64,000 nucleotides of DNA from a virus: positions 8,748 through 72,747 of the IMG/VR virus record IMGVR_UViG_3300027754_000075; one strand, written 5' to 3'. This document shows positions 38,874-49,195 of this stretch, piece after piece. Numbering within the stretch: the first letter of the stretch is position 1; every line of letters begins with the position of its first letter. Below the pieces are notes generated by a model. The model worked only from the letters and a program-made list of their open reading frames with translations. It made no database searches and had not been told where the DNA came from. The translations under genes were made by a program, and so were the position numbers.

Positions 38874-40448
38874 ATGGCAGCACCCATTATTAAAATAAAA
38901 AGATCTTCTGTTCCGGGAAAGAAACCGACAGTAGATCAGTTACCTTTAGGTGAATTAAGTCTCAATACTTATGATGCAGAAATCTTTGTTCGCAGAGAAA
39001 GATCTGGAATTGGTACAGATATTGTAAGTGTTGGTATTGGTGCAACAGTTACAAACATCTTATATGTTACAAAAGATGGGAGTGATACAAATACCGGTCA
39101 AAAACTTGGAGATGCAAAGGCAACGATTGCAGGAGCAGTTTCAATTGCAACCACCGGGACAGTAATTAAAGTTTCGGCAGGAACATACTCAGAAAATAAT
39201 CCAATTAATATTCCACAACAAGTAAGTATTGTGGGTGATAGTTTAAGAGAAGTTACAGTCTCTCCACAAAATACTGGAGATCTTTTTTATGTTACAAATG
39301 GAAATTATATTGCAGAAATGTCTTTTGTTGGGGCAGCAAATACAGGAGCAATTTTTGCATTTAATCCTTCTGGCGCAGGAAATATAACACAATCACCTTA
39401 CATTCAAAACTGTACTAATTTTGTTCCAAACAGTATTGGAATGAAAATAAATGGAAATCATGCATCAGGAAATACAAAAAGCATGGTTCTTGATTCTTAT
39501 ACTCAATATAATCAAGGAGGAATAGGAGTTTCAATTACTAATAATGGTTACGCACAATTAGTTTCACTCTTTACTATTTGTAATGATGTTGCAGTATATT
39601 GTGGGTCTGGTGGTGCATGTGATTTAACAAACTCAAATTCTTCTTTTGGTAATTATGGATTAGTTGCAGATGGAGTAAGTAGTATTCAACAGACTGGAAT
39701 TATTACAGCATCTGCAGATGCAGGAGCAACTACTTTTACAATATCTGGAATTGGAACTTCAAGATTGTTTGATGGACAGGTAGTTTATATTGAAGACTTA
39801 TATTATGAAGTTGAATCAATTACCATTGGTGCTGGTGGAACTGGATATACAAATGTCCCAACAATTACAATTAGTTCGCCAGGAACTTCTTGGGGAATTG
39901 CTGCAGAAGTAACTGCAACAGTCACGAATGGATCTATAAGTGCAGTAAGTTTATTTTCTTCGGGAAGAGGATTTGAGACTGTGCCGACAATTACAGTATC
40001 TGCACCAGATGTTGGAATCAATACTGCAGTTTTGTCTGTTAATGTAAAACCAAAATATTATAGTATTATAAGTTGCACTCAACCATCTTCTGGTATTTGC
40101 ACATTTACAATTAATGAACAATTACCATATGCAGTTGGTGTAGGAACAACGGTACCTATTTTTAAACAAAGTCGTATTCTTGCTTCTGGTCATTCTTTTG
40201 AATATGTTGGGTCTGGAACCGCAATTGAGACTGCACTACCGTCTACTGGTGGTGTTGCTATACAAGAAAATGAAGTTGATATGAGAAATGGTGGGTTGGT
40301 TGTTTATACGAGCACCGATCAATCAGGAAATTTTAGAATAGGTGATGGTGTCACCATTGATCAAAATTCAGGAACAATCTTTGGTAATTTCTATCAAAGA
40401 AGTGTTCTTGCAAATGTAACACCATATATCCTAGCACTTGGAGGTTAA
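38874..40448 (+). CDS. tail spike-like protein (beta-helix/pectin-lyase-like)
   Basis: IKIKRS...LGELSLNT; ILYVTKDGSD; GDSLREV; SPYIQNCT; ILASGHSFEYVGSG; GAGGA RBS. Confidence 0.75.
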   Translation: MAAPIIKIKRSSVPGKKPTVDQLPLGELSLNTYDAEIFVRRERSGIGTDIVSVGIGATVTNILYVTKDGSDTNTGQKLGDAKATIAGAVSIATTGTVIKVSAGTYSENNPINIPQQVSIVGDSLREVTVSPQNTGDLFYVTNGNYIAEMSFVGAANTGAIFAFNPSGAGNITQSPYIQNCTNFVPNSIGMKINGNHASGNTKSMVLDSYTQYNQGGIGVSITNNGYAQLVSLFTICNDVAVYCGSGGACDLTNSNSSFGNYGLVADGVSSIQQTGIITASADAGATTFTISGIGTSRLFDGQVVYIEDLYYEVESITIGAGGTGYTNVPTITISSPGTSWGIAAEVTATVTNGSISAVSLFSSGRGFETVPTITVSAPDVGINTAVLSVNVKPKYYSIISCTQPSSGICTFTINEQLPYAVGVGTTVPIFKQSRILASGHSFEYVGSGTAIETALPSTGGVAIQENEVDMRNGGLVVYTSTDQSGNFRIGDGVTIDQNSGTIFGNFYQRSVLANVTPYILALGG

Positions 40449-40458
40449 TTAAAAAATT

Positions 40459-40800
40459 ATGGCACTACCACTCAACATATTTAAGACAATCACTAATGTA
40501 GTATCAACCAATTCAGTTGGAATTTATACTGCCCCAGTTGGATATGCTTCTGTAGTTATTCTTGCACAAGCTGCAAACACTGGAAATACAACAGCAACAG
40601 TCACATTCTCTCATCAAAGAACTGTTGCTGGAATTGCAGTTACCACAGAAATTGTTAAAAGTTTTCCAATACCTGCTAATGATTCAGCAAGTTTTCTTGA
40701 TGGAAAGTTGGTTTTGGAATCAAACGATGTCTTGGTTATATCAGGAAGTAATTCTTCTAATATTAAATTTACCGGAAGTATTCTGGAAACACTTAAGTAA
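40459..40800 (+). CDS. small virion structural protein
   Basis: IYTAP...AQAAN...IPAND...GKLVLESND...SILE. Confidence 0.65.
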   Translation: MALPLNIFKTITNVVSTNSVGIYTAPVGYASVVILAQAANTGNTTATVTFSHQRTVAGIAVTTEIVKSFPIPANDSASFLDGKLVLESNDVLVISGSNSSNIKFTGSILETLK

Positions 40801-40819
40801 AGAGAGAGAAATAAAATAA

Positions 40820-41953
40820 ATGGCAAAGTTAGTCAGTGGTCGGTTACCAAGATTAAATGTAGGAATTGCTTCTTATAGTGAAAATCAAACAACACTATCA
40901 GTTGTAGGGATTTCATCTTTTCAGCAAGTAGTTCTAAATGGTTCAGTCAGTACTGGTACAACTACTGGGACTTCGGGGCAATATTTAAAATCTGTTGGAA
41001 TAGGTGTAACTTGGGCATCATTTCCAACATTAAGAACCGGAAATGTTTTTACTGCAGGAGTTGCACAAACTTCCTTTGCAGTTTCTTATAATGTTGGTTT
41101 TGTTGATGTTTATATAAATGGTGTTCGTTTAACAGACAGTGAATTCACCGGAACAAGTGGAACTTCTATTGTTCTTAATGAATCTTGTTTTGGTGGAGAA
41201 ACAGTAGATATTCTTGCGTATAACACTACAAGCACTGGTTCGGGAGGTGGAGGAATCAGCACTGAATCTCAAACTTTAAATAATGTATTAGGACTTGGGA
41301 ATACCTCATCCAATGGGATGAGTGTTGGTGTTATTACTGCAACTTCTTTTGTTGGAAATTTAACAGGAACAGCAACCTATGCGACTAATGCTGGTATAGC
41401 AACTTATGCGACTAATGCTGGTATAGCAACTTATGCGACTAATGCTGGAATAGCAACTTATGCTACTAATGCTGGTATAGCAACAAATGCTCAAGGTTTA
41501 ACTGGTACTCCTAATATATCTGTGGGTATCGTTACAGTAACAGACTCTCGTATTCAATCTGTTGCTGAAAAGACAACACTTGTGAATGGTAACACAGTAA
41601 GTCTTGTTTATAACACTGGTGGTGGTAATATTGCAATCTGTACCAATCCAAGTGGTGATATTACACTGAATGTAACTGGTATCCCTACTGATAGTACATT
41701 TGATAATTACTCACTTGCCTTTAGTGTGATTGTATCAAATACAGGAACAGCAAGAAGTTGTACTGCAATTAATCTGAATGGATTATCAAGAACAATTAAA
41801 TGGTTTGGTGGTTCTCTTGCAGCAGCAATCACTGGCGTGACTACATCAAATGGATATGATAGTTATAGTTTTACTGGAATCAATACTGTAGGTTCTGCAA
41901 GTACAACTGCAAATTATATTGTACTTGGAAGTGTAAATGGAAGTTATAGATAA
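40820..41953 (+). CDS. short tail fibre with C-terminal tip-docking domain
   Basis: DVYINGVRL domain; ATYATNAGI repeats; C-terminal domain homologous to 29384 and 50201. Confidence 0.75.
   Translation: MAKLVSGRLPRLNVGIASYSENQTTLSVVGISSFQQVVLNGSVSTGTTTGTSGQYLKSVGIGVTWASFPTLRTGNVFTAGVAQTSFAVSYNVGFVDVYINGVRLTDSEFTGTSGTSIVLNESCFGGETVDILAYNTTSTGSGGGGISTESQTLNNVLGLGNTSSNGMSVGVITATSFVGNLTGTATYATNAGIATYATNAGIATYATNAGIATYATNAGIATNAQGLTGTPNISVGIVTVTDSRIQSVAEKTTLVNGNTVSLVYNTGGGNIAICTNPSGDITLNVTGIPTDSTFDNYSLAFSVIVSNTGTARSCTAINLNGLSRTIKWFGGSLAAAITGVTTSNGYDSYSFTGINTVGSASTTANYIVLGSVNGSYR
41371..41484 (+). repeat. 27-bp tandem repeat, four copies
   Basis: agcaac(c/t)tatgc(g/t)actaatgctgg(t/a)at; a related array lies near 47770-47930. 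Confidence 0.9.
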
Positions 41954-42714
41954 TGTCTCCAATTTTAACTAGAATTCCATATAGCAAGGGACTTGGTTCA
42001 AGAACTTTTATTGCAGTTAGTGTTCCTATTATTTCAAACGGATTAATATTATCCCTAGACGCAGGAAATGCTGCTTCTTATCCTGGTTCTGGAACTACTT
42101 GGACTGATGTGAGTGGCAATATTAATACCGGAACTCTTGTGAATGGTGTTGGGTATTCTGCGAGTAATGGAGGTGCTTTGACTTTTGATGGGACGAATGA
42201 TTATGTTCTTGCAAATAATACAAATTTGAATTCTTTAAGTTTAACTTCTAGATTTTCAAACACAAGTGTTTCTCACTTTTCTTGGGTTTATCCAACTGGT
42301 GCTGGTGTATTAGTTTCTGAATTGGGACAAACAGCACCAAATTCAGGATACCACGATAGCAATATTGAAATAAGTGCAGGTGGGGCATTTAGTTTTTCAA
42401 CTTGGCACAATGGTCTTACAAGTAAGGTAGTTTCTTCAAATCAATCATTTAATATTTGGTATTATGTTGGATTTACTTATGATGGAACAACTTTAACTGC
42501 TTATATAAATGGTTCATCAATTGGAACAACCACTTTTGCAAGAGTGCCACCAAGTCAAACTCATTATGCTTTATTTGCTACTGATGCTACTAATATGGGA
42601 ACAGGAGGTTATGGTGTAGGAAGATGTGCTGCTTTTTCTGTATACAACAGAGCACTCACAGCAGCAGAAGTCTCACAAAACTTCCAAGCACTTAGAGGAA
42701 GATTTGGAGTTTGA
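41953..42714 (+). CDS. LamG/concanavalin A-like lectin tip protein
   Basis: GLILSLDAGN..SYPGSGTTWTD; FDGTNDY; WYYVGFTYDG...YING; YNRALTAAEV.QNF. Confidence 0.85.
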   Translation: MSPILTRIPYSKGLGSRTFIAVSVPIISNGLILSLDAGNAASYPGSGTTWTDVSGNINTGTLVNGVGYSASNGGALTFDGTNDYVLANNTNLNSLSLTSRFSNTSVSHFSWVYPTGAGVLVSELGQTAPNSGYHDSNIEISAGGAFSFSTWHNGLTSKVVSSNQSFNIWYYVGFTYDGTTLTAYINGSSIGTTTFARVPPSQTHYALFATDATNMGTGGYGVGRCAAFSVYNRALTAAEVSQNFQALRGRFGV

Positions 42715-42725
42715 GATGGTAAATT

Positions 42726-42733
42726 TATAAATA
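42726..42733 (+). promoter_or_regulatory. late promoter TATAAATA
   Basis: Exact consensus, followed by an unusually long leader to 42818. Confidence 0.75.
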
Positions 42734-42817
42734 ATCATACGATGCCTAGTGCTAGTCACGAACATGGTAGAAAAGTAATGTAAACAATTTTTCCCACCCC
42801 CCCTAGCACTTAAAACC

Positions 42818-45800
42818 ATGGCATTTAACAGAGATTTATCCCAACTCGCAAATTTTCTAGAAGTTAATTCTGACGGAACTTTCATTAATATTATACCATC
42901 AACTTCTCAAACAAATTTAGGTATTGGTACAAATAACCCAACAGCAAAACTTGATGTTCTTGGTAATGCAAGAGTTTCTGGTAATTTATCTGCAACTAAT
43001 ATTAATGCTTCTGGTATTGTTACTGCTACTTCAGGTTTTGTTGGTGCTTTAACTGGTTTAGCTAGTTCTGCTACTCAACTTGCAACTGGAAGAACTATAG
43101 CAATTACTGGAGATTTAACTTATACTAGTGGGTCATTTAATGGTACTGGTAATGTAACAGGAACAGGAACATTAGCAAACACTACAGTTACTCCTGGTTC
43201 TTATGGGTCTTCAACAGAAGTTGCTACATTTACTGTTGACTCCAAAGGTAGATTAACTGCTGCTGGTACCGCATCTGTTGGAACTGCACTTACAGTTGCT
43301 GGTGACTCTGGTTCAGAAAACATCAGTCTTCTTAGTGAAACTCTTACGATTTCTGGTGGTACTAACTTAACTTCATCTGCTGCATCTAATACTGTTACTG
43401 TTAACCTTGACCCAAACATTTCTTTAACAAGTGTTGTTGCATCTGGTATTATTACTGCTACCAGTGGTTTCTCTGGTAATGTAACTGGAAACTTAACTGG
43501 TAACATTAACTCTTCTGGAGTTTCTACAGTTACTTCACTGAATGCAACAAACATTAATGCATCAGGTATCGTAACTGCTACTCAATTTAAAACTGGTGCA
43601 TCAGGATCTGCAATTGGAATTAATACCAATACAATTTCTGGACCTGCAACAATTACAATTGACCCTGCTGCTGTTGGTGATAATACTGGATTAGTTGTAA
43701 TCAAAGGTGACCTACAGATTGATGGTACTACAACCACCATTAATTCTACAACCTTAACTGTTGATGATAAAAATATTGTTCTTGGTTCTGGTGCTGCTAA
43801 TGATGCAGCTGCAGATGGTAGTGGTATTACTATTGAATCCGGTAATGGTAATAAAACCTTCCAATTTGAAGATACTGGAGACAACTTAGGTTCTTCAGAG
43901 AACTTGAATGTTGCATCAGGTAAAGTTTATAAAGTTAATAATACTGAAGTTCTTTCTAATAATACTTTAGGAAGTGGTGTCGTTAACTCGTCTTTGACTT
44001 CTGTTGGAACTCTTACTAACTTAAGTGTTGGTAATGTTAATTCAAGTGGTATCGTTACTGCTGTTACAGTCAATAGCACTAATGGAACTATTACAAACCT
44101 GACTGGTACTGCAGGAACTATAACCACATTTAACAGTACTAATGGAACCATTACCAATCTGAATGCAACTAATATTAATGCATCTGGTATTATTACTGCT
44201 ACCAGTGGTTTCTCTGGTAATGTAACTGGAAACTTAACTGGCAACATTAACTCTTCTGGAGTTTCTACATTTACTTCACTGAATATAACTAATATTAATG
44301 CATCAGGTATTGTAACTGCTACCAGTGGTTTCTCTGGTAATGTAACTGGAAACATTAACTCTTCTGGAGTTTCTACAGTTACTTCATTGGTTGCAACAAA
44401 CATTAATGCTTCTGGTATCATAACTGCTACTTCAGGTTTCGTTGGCGCTTTAACTGGTTTGGCCAGTTCTGCTACTCAACTTGCAACTGGAAGAACTATA
44501 GCAATTACTGGAGACTTAGCATATACCAGTGGATCATTTAATGGTACCGGTAATGTGACCGGAACAGGAACATTAGCAACAGTTAACTCTAATGTTGGAT
44601 CCTTTGGTTCACAAACTTTAATCCCTGTTGTTACTGTTAATGCAAAAGGATTGGTGACTTCAGTAACAACAGCAGCAGTTGGAACTGCATTAACAGTTGC
44701 TAGTGACTCTGGTTCAGTAGATATTGAACTCTTAACAGAAACCTTAACAATCTCAGGTGGAACTAATCTTACCTCAGTTGGTTCTGGTAATACTCTTACT
44801 GTTAACCTTGATAATAATATCTCACTAACAAGTGTTGTTGCCTCTGGTATCATAACTGCTGCTCAATTTGTGACTGGTGCATCAGGATCTGCGATTGGAA
44901 TTAATACCAATACAATATCTGGTCCTGCAACGATTACAATTGACCCTTCTGCTGTTGGAGATAATACCGGTGCAGTTAGAATTAAGGGTGACTTATTTGT
45001 TGATGGTACTCAATTTATTGTTAACTCCACAACTATAGAACTTGCCGATTTTATTGTTGGTATTGCTTCTACTGCTACTTCAGATATACTTGCGGATGGT
45101 GCGGGTATTAAGATTGGACCAGACAATACTTTAACTTACGATCATACTAATACATCATTAAAGTCGAGTGAAAACTTTAATCTTGCTTCTGGTAAGACTT
45201 ATAAGATTAATGGAACCGATGTTCTTTCTAATAATACTTTAGGAAGTGGTGTCATTAACTCGTCTTTGACTTCTGTTGGAACTCTTACTAACTTAAGTGT
45301 TGGTAATATTAATTCAAGTGGTATTGTAACTGCTACTACATTTGTTGGAGCACTCACCGGAAATGTATCTGGTAATATTAACTCTTCTGGAGTATCAACT
45401 GTTACTAATTTAAATATTGGTGGTTATGTTTCTATTGCAAATACTACTGGTGTTGCAAATCAGATTCTTTCTTCTACTGGAGTAGGAGTAAGTTGGAAAA
45501 CCTTTAATGACCTATTACCACAAACAAGAACAACACAAACCTTTACTGCGACTGCAAACCAAACATTATTCAGTTTTGTATATAATGTAAACTTCCTTGA
45601 TGTATTTGTGAATGGTGTTAAGTTATCTTCTGGAGAATTCACTGCAAGTAACGGTAGTACAATCACTCTCTCTGAAGGTGCATTTGCGAATGATACTGTT
45701 GAGTTTGTTTCTTATGCAACTCTTGGTGCTGGTACAGGACAAGTTAGCAGTCTGAATGATTTAACTGATGTTACACTTACTGGTATTACAACAGGAAACC

Positions 45801-46615
45801 TTCTTGCATATAATGGTTCAGAGTTTGTTAATACGTCAAATATTAATGTAACTGGTATTATTACTGCAACCACATTTGTTGGGGGACTTACTGGAACAGC
45901 AACATCAACGACTAATATTCCTAATTTAACTGGGGCAATCACATCAGTTAATACTACAACCTCATTAGGTTCCTTTACATCACTACAACTCTTAACAGCA
46001 CTCACTGATGAGACTGGTTCTGGTTCTGCTGTATTTGCTACAAGTCCTACTCTAGTTACTCCTGCGTTAGGAACACCTTCTTCTGGTACTCTTACTAGTT
46101 GTACTGGGTTACCATTAACAACTGGTGTGACTGGAACTTTACCTGTTGCTAATGGCGGTACTGGTGTTACTACCAGTACCGGTACTGGTAGTGTTGTACT
46201 TTCTGCATCTCCAACATTTACTGGAACGGTAGGTGCTGCTGCAATAACTGCAACTGGTGACATCGCAGCTGCAAACTTTAACTCTACTTCTGATATCAAC
46301 CTCAAAGAAAATATCAGACAGGTTGAAAGTGCATCCGAACTCGTTTCTAAACTTGAGGGTGTTCACTTCTCTTGGAAGGAAACTGGAAAAGAAACAATTG
46401 GTGTGATTGCTCAACAAATTGAAGAGCACTTACCACAACTGGTTCAGACTCATACTATAGTGACACTTTCAGGGGCCCAGAAACAATTACTTTCTGGTGA
46501 TACTCACAAGACCGTTAATTATAATGGTCTGATTGGAGTTCTAATTGAGGCAGTGAAAGAGCAAGGTGCTCAGATTGCTGCTCTTCAGGCAGAAATTGAA
46601 GAACTCAAAAAATAA
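42818..46615 (+). CDS. long tail fibre with internal duplications and peptidase S74 chaperone
   Basis: VDSKGRLTAA and INASGIVTAT repeats; FNSTSDINLKENI...GVIAQQ...VNYNGLIGVLIEAVKE. Confidence 0.85.
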   Translation: MAFNRDLSQLANFLEVNSDGTFINIIPSTSQTNLGIGTNNPTAKLDVLGNARVSGNLSATNINASGIVTATSGFVGALTGLASSATQLATGRTIAITGDLTYTSGSFNGTGNVTGTGTLANTTVTPGSYGSSTEVATFTVDSKGRLTAAGTASVGTALTVAGDSGSENISLLSETLTISGGTNLTSSAASNTVTVNLDPNISLTSVVASGIITATSGFSGNVTGNLTGNINSSGVSTVTSLNATNINASGIVTATQFKTGASGSAIGINTNTISGPATITIDPAAVGDNTGLVVIKGDLQIDGTTTTINSTTLTVDDKNIVLGSGAANDAAADGSGITIESGNGNKTFQFEDTGDNLGSSENLNVASGKVYKVNNTEVLSNNTLGSGVVNSSLTSVGTLTNLSVGNVNSSGIVTAVTVNSTNGTITNLTGTAGTITTFNSTNGTITNLNATNINASGIITATSGFSGNVTGNLTGNINSSGVSTFTSLNITNINASGIVTATSGFSGNVTGNINSSGVSTVTSLVATNINASGIITATSGFVGALTGLASSATQLATGRTIAITGDLAYTSGSFNGTGNVTGTGTLATVNSNVGSFGSQTLIPVVTVNAKGLVTSVTTAAVGTALTVASDSGSVDIELLTETLTISGGTNLTSVGSGNTLTVNLDNNISLTSVVASGIITAAQFVTGASGSAIGINTNTISGPATITIDPSAVGDNTGAVRIKGDLFVDGTQFIVNSTTIELADFIVGIASTATSDILADGAGIKIGPDNTLTYDHTNTSLKSSENFNLASGKTYKINGTDVLSNNTLGSGVINSSLTSVGTLTNLSVGNINSSGIVTATTFVGALTGNVSGNINSSGVSTVTNLNIGGYVSIANTTGVANQILSSTGVGVSWKTFNDLLPQTRTTQTFTATANQTLFSFVYNVNFLDVFVNGVKLSSGEFTASNGSTITLSEGAFANDTVEFVSYATLGAGTGQVSSLNDLTDVTLTGITTGNLLAYNGSEFVNTSNINVTGIITATTFVGGLTGTATSTTNIPNLTGAITSVNTTTSLGSFTSLQLLTALTDETGSGSAVFATSPTLVTPALGTPSSGTLTSCTGLPLTTGVTGTLPVANGGTGVTTSTGTGSVVLSASPTFTGTVGAAAITATGDIAAANFNSTSDINLKENIRQVESASELVSKLEGVHFSWKETGKETIGVIAQQIEEHLPQLVQTHTIVTLSGAQKQLLSGDTHKTVNYNGLIGVLIEAVKEQGAQIAALQAEIEELKK
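46451..46495. other. 45-bp in-frame insertion in the S74 domain
   Basis: Adds HTIVTLSGAQKQLLS relative to the S74 paralog at 26409; contains the hairpin CCAGAAA-7nt-TTTCTGG. Confidence 0.6.
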
Positions 46616-46636
46616 TTTGAGTTGAAATTAAATTTG

Positions 46637-46666
46637 AAGGAGGAAGAGAAATCTTCCTCCTTTTTT
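46637..46666 (+). terminator. intrinsic terminator
   Basis: AAGGAGGAAGA-GAAA-TCTTCCTCCTT followed by a T-run. Confidence 0.9.
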
Positions 46667-46696
46667 CATAAATAAGACATAGGAAAGACATAGTTA

Positions 46697-48757
46697 ATGG
46701 CCAATACCAGAGAATTATCACAACTTGCATCCGTAATATCAGTTGCTGATGAAACTAGAAATGTTGGTATTGGAACAACAACTCCAACATCAAAACTTCA
46801 TGTTTCTGGTGATGTAAGAGTTTCTGGTGTAGTGACTGCTACTACATTCGTTGGTGATGGTAGTGCTCTTACTGGTATTAGTGGAGGTTCTTCTTCTCAA
46901 TTTGTAACTACAACAGCAGGTATTCATACTTTATCTAATGTTGGTATTGGAACCACAACACCAACATCAAAACTTCACGTTATTGGTGATGTAAGAGTTT
47001 CTGGTGTAGTGACTGCTACTACATTCCTTGGAGCATTAACTGGTACTGCATCATCAACAACTAATATACCAAATCTGACTGGTGCTATTACATCTAATAA
47101 CACCACAACATCATTAGGTTCTTTTACATCAGCACAATTAGCAACAGCATTAACTGATGAAACTGGTTCTGGTTCTGCTGTATTTGCTACTAGTCCTACA
47201 TTAGTCACTCCAGTATTAGGAAGTGCAACAGCAACAAGTATTGTTGTTGGTTCTGGAGTTACAATTAATGCATCAGGTATTAATGCATCTGGTATCGTAA
47301 CTGCACTTGGTGGTATTAGAGGAATTGGTATTTACTCTGGTGGAAATCTTGTAACCACTGGTATTATTACGGCACTCAATTTTATAGGTACTGGAAATAC
47401 ATTTGTTGTAACTAATAATAAAATTGATATTAGTATTTCTGGTGGTTCTCAAGTTAGTGTTGGAACAGCATCACCAGCATCACCATCTTCAGGAAATCTT
47501 TGGTATAATACAAATCTTGGAAGAACTTTTATTTATTATAATGATGGAGATAGTTCTCAGTGGGTAGATGCTGCACCTTTTAATATTGTTAGTGATTCTA
47601 GTAGTGCAGCATCAGTAAGTATAGGAACAGAAGCTCCAGTAGGTCCAACTTCTGGAGATTTATGGTATAATGCAGATTATGCTAGAATTTTTGTTTATTA
47701 TGATAATGGGATTAATTCCCAATGGGTAGATGCCGCACCTTTTAACTATGCTGATGCAAGGTCAGTTTATGCTGATAATGCAGGTATAGCAACTTATGCT
47801 TCTAATGCTGGTATAGCAACCTTTTCAACATCAGCAGGTATATCAACCTTTTCAACATCAGCAGGTATAGCAACTTATGCTTCTAATGCTGGTATAGCAA
47901 CCTTTTCAACATCAGCAGGTATATCAACAAGTGTTATAGGTGGTATAGGATCCATCACACAACTCCAAGTCACTGGAATATCTACATTCACCAATGGACC
48001 TATATTGGTAGGAACAGGAACTTCTACAGGAACCTCATCACAACCACTTCAAGTATCTGGTGGTGCTTATGTTTCTGGTAATCTTGGAGTTGGAGTTACT
48101 AATCCGGCATCCAGAATTGATGTATGGTCTACAACATCAGGTTCCACAGCAATTAGAGCAACTTCGTCACCATCCTTTTCCTCAACTTTATATCCTGGTG
48201 TTATTTCCGGACTTTCTACTACTGGTTCTGGATTTCCAAATTTTGCAGCATCAGGTATTGGAGTAACAAGTGGAGAAATAGGTGTTTATTCTTTCTTCCC
48301 CACATTTACAAATTTCCCAGCAGATAGAGGTCCAAGAAGAGCAGTTGATTTGGTTGGTGGATTTGCAACAAGTACTTGGGGGACAGAATACTTTGCAATT
48401 AATGTAGGTAGAAATGGTGCTGCTAATGATAGTTCTATTCTTACTAATGAACGATTGAGAGTTGATGGTTCTGGTAATGTTGGTATTGGAACCACAACAC
48501 CAACATCAAAACTCCACGTTATTGGTGATGTAAGAGTTACTGGTGTAGTGACTGCAACATCTTTTGTTGGTAGTGGTGCAAATCTCACTGGTGTGATTAG
48601 TGGAGTAGAAATCAAGAGTGCAGGAACATCAGTAGGAACTGGTATTACTAATATTAACTTTGTGGGTGCAACTGCAACTGCAACTGGTTCTGCATCAACA
48701 ATCACGATTACTGTGACTGCAAGCTTCAACGAACTTGACGTTGCATTATTCTCATAA
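46697..48757 (+). CDS. tail fibre protein
   Basis: MANTRELSQLA; NVGIGTTTPTSKLHV three times; two G.LWY...WVDAAPFN modules. Confidence 0.8.
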   Translation: MANTRELSQLASVISVADETRNVGIGTTTPTSKLHVSGDVRVSGVVTATTFVGDGSALTGISGGSSSQFVTTTAGIHTLSNVGIGTTTPTSKLHVIGDVRVSGVVTATTFLGALTGTASSTTNIPNLTGAITSNNTTTSLGSFTSAQLATALTDETGSGSAVFATSPTLVTPVLGSATATSIVVGSGVTINASGINASGIVTALGGIRGIGIYSGGNLVTTGIITALNFIGTGNTFVVTNNKIDISISGGSQVSVGTASPASPSSGNLWYNTNLGRTFIYYNDGDSSQWVDAAPFNIVSDSSSAASVSIGTEAPVGPTSGDLWYNADYARIFVYYDNGINSQWVDAAPFNYADARSVYADNAGIATYASNAGIATFSTSAGISTFSTSAGIATYASNAGIATFSTSAGISTSVIGGIGSITQLQVTGISTFTNGPILVGTGTSTGTSSQPLQVSGGAYVSGNLGVGVTNPASRIDVWSTTSGSTAIRATSSPSFSSTLYPGVISGLSTTGSGFPNFAASGIGVTSGEIGVYSFFPTFTNFPADRGPRRAVDLVGGFATSTWGTEYFAINVGRNGAANDSSILTNERLRVDGSGNVGIGTTTPTSKLHVIGDVRVTGVVTATSFVGSGANLTGVISGVEIKSAGTSVGTGITNINFVGATATATGSASTITITVTASFNELDVALFS

Positions 48758-48768
48758 ATAACTAAAAA
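48753..48768 (+). promoter_or_regulatory. extended late-promoter motif CATAAATAACTAAAAA
   Basis: The same 16-mer occurs at 50177, 52072 and 62329. Confidence 0.7.
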
Positions 48769-48776
48769 AAAATAAG

Positions 48777-49184
48777 ATGGCACTTAAAAGAACTAAAATA
48801 CTCAATGTTCAGTCCATAACAGGTATTGCAACTGTTGGTATTTTGACTGTTGGTATTACATCTACTGCTGGTGGTGTTGGTATTGCCTCTACGTCTTACC
48901 TTCGTGGTGTTATAATGCATAATACTGGTCTTGCGACTTGTACCTCATCACTTTACATTTATCCAACTGGAACCTCAACGCCTGTGACTGGTGTTGGTAT
49001 TACCGCACATCGTCTTGTAAGAGTAGACCTTGCATCTAATGAGACTTTCTTCTTTGAGACAAACTATCCAATCGTAATGACTGGATCTGATAAGATTGTT
49101 GTAGAGGTTACTGCTCCCAATAGTGGTGGTGTTGGTATTGGTAGTGTCGTGAACTATCAAATCCTTGGCGATACTGATATTTAA
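48777..49184 (+). CDS. small virion structural/adaptor protein
   Basis: Beta-rich, GVIMHNTG...NETFFFE..YPIV; precedes a Gly-rich tip. Confidence 0.6.
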   Translation: MALKRTKILNVQSITGIATVGILTVGITSTAGGVGIASTSYLRGVIMHNTGLATCTSSLYIYPTGTSTPVTGVGITAHRLVRVDLASNETFFFETNYPIVMTGSDKIVVEVTAPNSGGVGIGSVVNYQILGDTDI

Positions 49185-49195
49185 GAGGTATAAAG

